Part shown: positions 22,075 to 24,000 of the stretch, in pieces | Position numbering within the stretch: the first letter of the stretch is position 1 | Layout: each line of letters opens with the position of its first letter | Assembly (NCBI RefSeq): GCF_036116635.1 | Contig: NZ_CP107995.1 | Coordinates: forward strand, 2,163,229-2,187,228 | Reading direction: 5' to 3' | Source of the DNA: Amycolatopsis sp. NBC_00345 | Lineage (GTDB): Bacteria; Actinomycetota; Actinomycetes; Mycobacteriales; Pseudonocardiaceae | DNA length: 24,000 bases | The notes under the pieces: model-generated | Told to the model about the DNA's origin: nothing | Seen by the model: the letters and a program-made list of their open reading frames with translations, nothing else | Database searches by the model: none | Program-made: the position numbers and the translations under genes

Positions 22075-24000
22075 ATGTTCGGCTGGTCGTGGCGCCGTAG
22101 CCGCCCGGGGGCCGCTGGTCCGTCCGGGGGCGTGGCTGATCAGTCTACTGTGGATGGTGGAGACGGCGGGGCCGTTGGGCGGGCCGGGGCCGGGGCCGGA
22201 CCCGAGCCCGGGTCCAGCTCCGGCTTCGGGTCTGAGTCCGGAGTGGACCGTGCTCGTTACCGTCCGGCCTGGCGGTCGATGACGCCCTTGCGGTCCACAC
22301 TGGCGGCTCAGGCCCCGTTGACCGCCGCCGGTGCGTCGATCGGCGTGCTGCACCGGCCGATGCTGCCTTCGGCGGATTCGGCGGCGGCAGGAATCACCGG
22401 CCCCGCGGGGCGGATCAGCGGAATTGTCACCGCGGTGCCCGTTCAGCACGATCTGGTCGACTTGCCGCTCCGCCAGCCGCCGGGGCAGCGGACACTCAAG
22501 GACCCGGTCTCCGGCCGGCCCGCGGCCCCCGTATCCGCGTCGGCCGGAAGCAATCCGGCCGCCGAAATGCCCGCGCCGCCGAATGCCTGGCTCGCCAATG
22601 GCCTCGGTCCCGAGATCTCTGTTGCCGACAGCGCGCCTCCCGCGCCTTCTCTGATCCTGGCGGAGTTGCCGGTGTGGCGGGCCGTTCCGCCCCGGCCGGA
22701 GTCGCCGCCGCTGACCGTCGCCGAAGTGACGGAACCCCAGGCGCCCGAGGTGCCCTGGCGGCCGTCCGATCTCGTCCACCTGGGATACCGGGAGAAGGAC
22801 CGTCAGCTCGCGGCCCGATACGCCGAGCTCAACCACGAGCCGCGTCCCGCCCCGGCGCGCGGACCCACACCGCTGCCGCCCCGCCCGCAGTCGCTCCCGG
22901 AACCGGCCGCCCGAATCGAGCCGGTGTACCGCGAGCCGGAGCTGCGCCCGACGGAGCCGCCCCCGCGGTCACGACGCGCTTCGCTTGTCGAGAGCAGACG
23001 ACTGGGCCTCGGCATCGCAAAGGCCCGCCCACAGCCCGACGGCGAGCCCGCCGATCCTCCGCCCACCACCGAATTCGCTGCCCCCGCCGACGTCGATGCG
23101 GCGGGTCCGGAATCAGCGGGCGAGCCGGACGGCCAGTCTGACGCTGCAGAGATCAGCGATCCGGACGTGGCCACGTCCGCTCTGGACGTACCAGCACAGC
23201 CGGCCGATCCCGTCCTCCCGGCGATGGACCCGCCAACGCTTCGGGCCCCAGCACTCGGCGACGAACCCTTAGGGCGCACCGTTCCGATGACACGGACACC
23301 TCTTTCGCCCTCGCCGGCGCACCGTGGCACACCCGGGAATACAACGGCGAAGGAGACCACATCGCCGCGTCCCTCCGACACCGAGCCGGGAGCGGCGTCC
23401 GCAGCGGGGGAGCACCGGGCGACCACCCGTAAGCCGCCGGCAGAGGACGCGCCCGGTGATCCCGTCCGCAGCTCCGCCGAACCTGTCCCCGCCGGCGACT
23501 CACCGGCGGGGCCAACTCACCCGACGGCGCGGTCCGCCGCCCTGTCCCGGCCGGAACTGGTCGGGCCGGAGCTGGTCGGGCCGGTGGGGCCCAGGTCCGC
23601 CGATCCCGCCCGTGCCCCCGTTCCCACTGCCGTAGCCCGGCCCACGCGAAGAGCCGACGATGCCGATGTTCTTCCGCTGGCCGGTATGCCGACCGGCCGG
23701 CAATCCTCGGCACCGGGTGCAGATCTGGTTTTCCCGGTAGCAGCGTCACCGCCTCCGGGGGGCGTGCCGGCTGGGGAGCGATCTTCCGCGCCGAGCGGAG
23801 AGCCGGGTTTGCCGGTAGCAGCGGCGCCGGCCTCGGGTGGCGCGCCAGTGGGGGAGCAATCGCCGGCACTGGACGGAGATCTGGGTTTGCCGGTAGCAGC
23901 GTCGCCGCGTTCGGCCGGTGTGCTGGCTGGAGAGCAATCCTCGGCGCCGAGCGGAGAGCTGGGTTTGCCTGTGGTGTCGTCGCCCCCGGCCGGTCAGCGA
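22075..24000 (+). CDS. Large Pro/Ala/Ser-rich low-complexity protein in the tape-measure position of the CIS operon; 3'-truncated by the window and absent from the supplied ORF track
   Basis: ATG at 22075 is preceded by gagggaggg (22062-22070). I translated all 642 codons to the window end and found no stop. Sequence: MFGWSWRRSRPGAAGPSGGVADQSTVDGG...PAWRSMTPLRSTLAAQAPL...LILAELPVWRAVPPRPESPPL...VHLGYREKDRQLAARYAELNHEPRP.... Third-position GC is high throughout. Confidence 0.7.
   Translation, partial: MFGWSWRRSRPGAAGPSGGVADQSTVDGGDGGAVGRAGAGAGPEPGSSSGFGSESGVDRARYRPAWRSMTPLRSTLAAQAPLTAAGASIGVLHRPMLPSADSAAAGITGPAGRISGIVTAVPVQHDLVDLPLRQPPGQRTLKDPVSGRPAAPVSASAGSNPAAEMPAPPNAWLANGLGPEISVADSAPPAPSLILAELPVWRAVPPRPESPPLTVAEVTEPQAPEVPWRPSDLVHLGYREKDRQLAARYAELNHEPRPAPARGPTPLPPRPQSLPEPAARIEPVYREPELRPTEPPPRSRRASLVESRRLGLGIAKARPQPDGEPADPPPTTEFAAPADVDAAGPESAGEPDGQSDAAEISDPDVATSALDVPAQPADPVLPAMDPPTLRAPALGDEPLGRTVPMTRTPLSPSPAHRGTPGNTTAKETTSPRPSDTEPGAASAAGEHRATTRKPPAEDAPGDPVRSSAEPVPAGDSPAGPTHPTARSAALSRPELVGPELVGPVGPRSADPARAPVPTAVARPTRRADDADVLPLAGMPTGRQSSAPGADLVFPVAASPPPGGVPAGERSSAPSGEPGLPVAAAPASGGAPVGEQSPALDGDLGLPVAASPRSAGVLAGEQSSAPSGELGLPVVSSPPAGQR
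23269..23271 (+). other. In-frame TTA (Leu) codon in the Pro-rich CIS ORF
   Basis: ggc gac gaa ccc TTA ggg cgc acc encodes G-D-E-P-L-G-R-T in the 22075 frame. Confidence 0.85.
23695..24000 (+). repeat. In-frame 78-nt (26-aa) tandem repeat, at least 3.9 copies, continuing off the window
   Basis: Units start at 23695, 23773, 23851 and 23929: GRQSSAPGADLVFPVAASPPPGGVPA / GERSSAPSGEPGLPVAAAPASGGAPV / GEQSPALDGDLGLPVAASPRSAGVLA / GEQSSAPSGELGLPVVSSPPAGQR... Confidence 0.85.

Noticed and set aside
22070-22282. Track ORFs 22070..22282, 22331..22654, 22674..23141 and minus-strand 21733..22836, 22803..23426, 23153..23869 as genes after the small CIS ORFs
   Set aside because: All overlap the uninterrupted, RBS-preceded frame starting at 22075, which has the high third-position GC. 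The alternatives are short, Arg/Pro-rich and lack start-site signals.
23695-24000. 78-nt tandem repeats considered as a CRISPR-like or non-coding satellite array
   Set aside because: The units are directly abutting with no spacers and degenerate at the DNA level. The period is a multiple of 3, in phase with a long high-GC3 ORF. They are coding repeats.
22075-24000. Naming the Pro-rich ORF as a tape-measure protein or a DUF4157 (eCIS-associated metallopeptidase-like) protein
   Set aside because: Only position supports 'tape measure'. The visible 642 aa are low-complexity, with none of the helical character or the HExxH-type DUF4157 motif I would expect. The gene is left as an uncharacterised Pro-rich protein.

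Overview
High-GC (roughly 70%+) actinomycete-type DNA. It is gene-dense, and I saw no rRNA, tRNA, CRISPR array or transposase. The window falls into three blocks. (i) 1-10.5 kb is a pile-up of regulators: a 5'-truncated TPR-LuxR gene, a 431-aa NB-ARC-LuxR gene, a LAL-type large ATP-binding LuxR regulator, and a 972-aa P-loop/helical-repeat protein whose SARP module (wHTH+BTAD) is C-terminal. This block also holds a secreted lytic-transglycosylase-like protein and an atypical NarL/LuxR response regulator. (ii) 10.8-15.2 kb holds uncharacterised accessory genes. Two tandem paralogous acidic proteins, each with two ~80-aa Trp-rich modules, bracket a small protein with a CheD/CNF1-like xGC...H motif. 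On the opposite strand lies a CAE/PCxxC deaminase-toxin candidate, followed by a gene whose coding frame appears broken several times. (iii) 15.3-24 kb holds an LAxTG-anchored giant surface protein with five Cys-pair Ig-like repeats and the start of a contractile injection system (CIS). The CIS part comprises a DUF4255 cap-like gene, sheath, tube, two small coupled ORFs and a long Pro-rich ORF. That last ORF runs off the window and is missing from the supplied ORF track. Five in-frame TTA codons fall in three of the regulators and in the Pro-rich CIS ORF. The most interesting candidates for new biology are the Trp-rich-repeat/Cys-His cassette and the leaderless deaminase, which is co-oriented with the CIS cap gene. 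All family calls come from motif recognition by eye. No searches were run.
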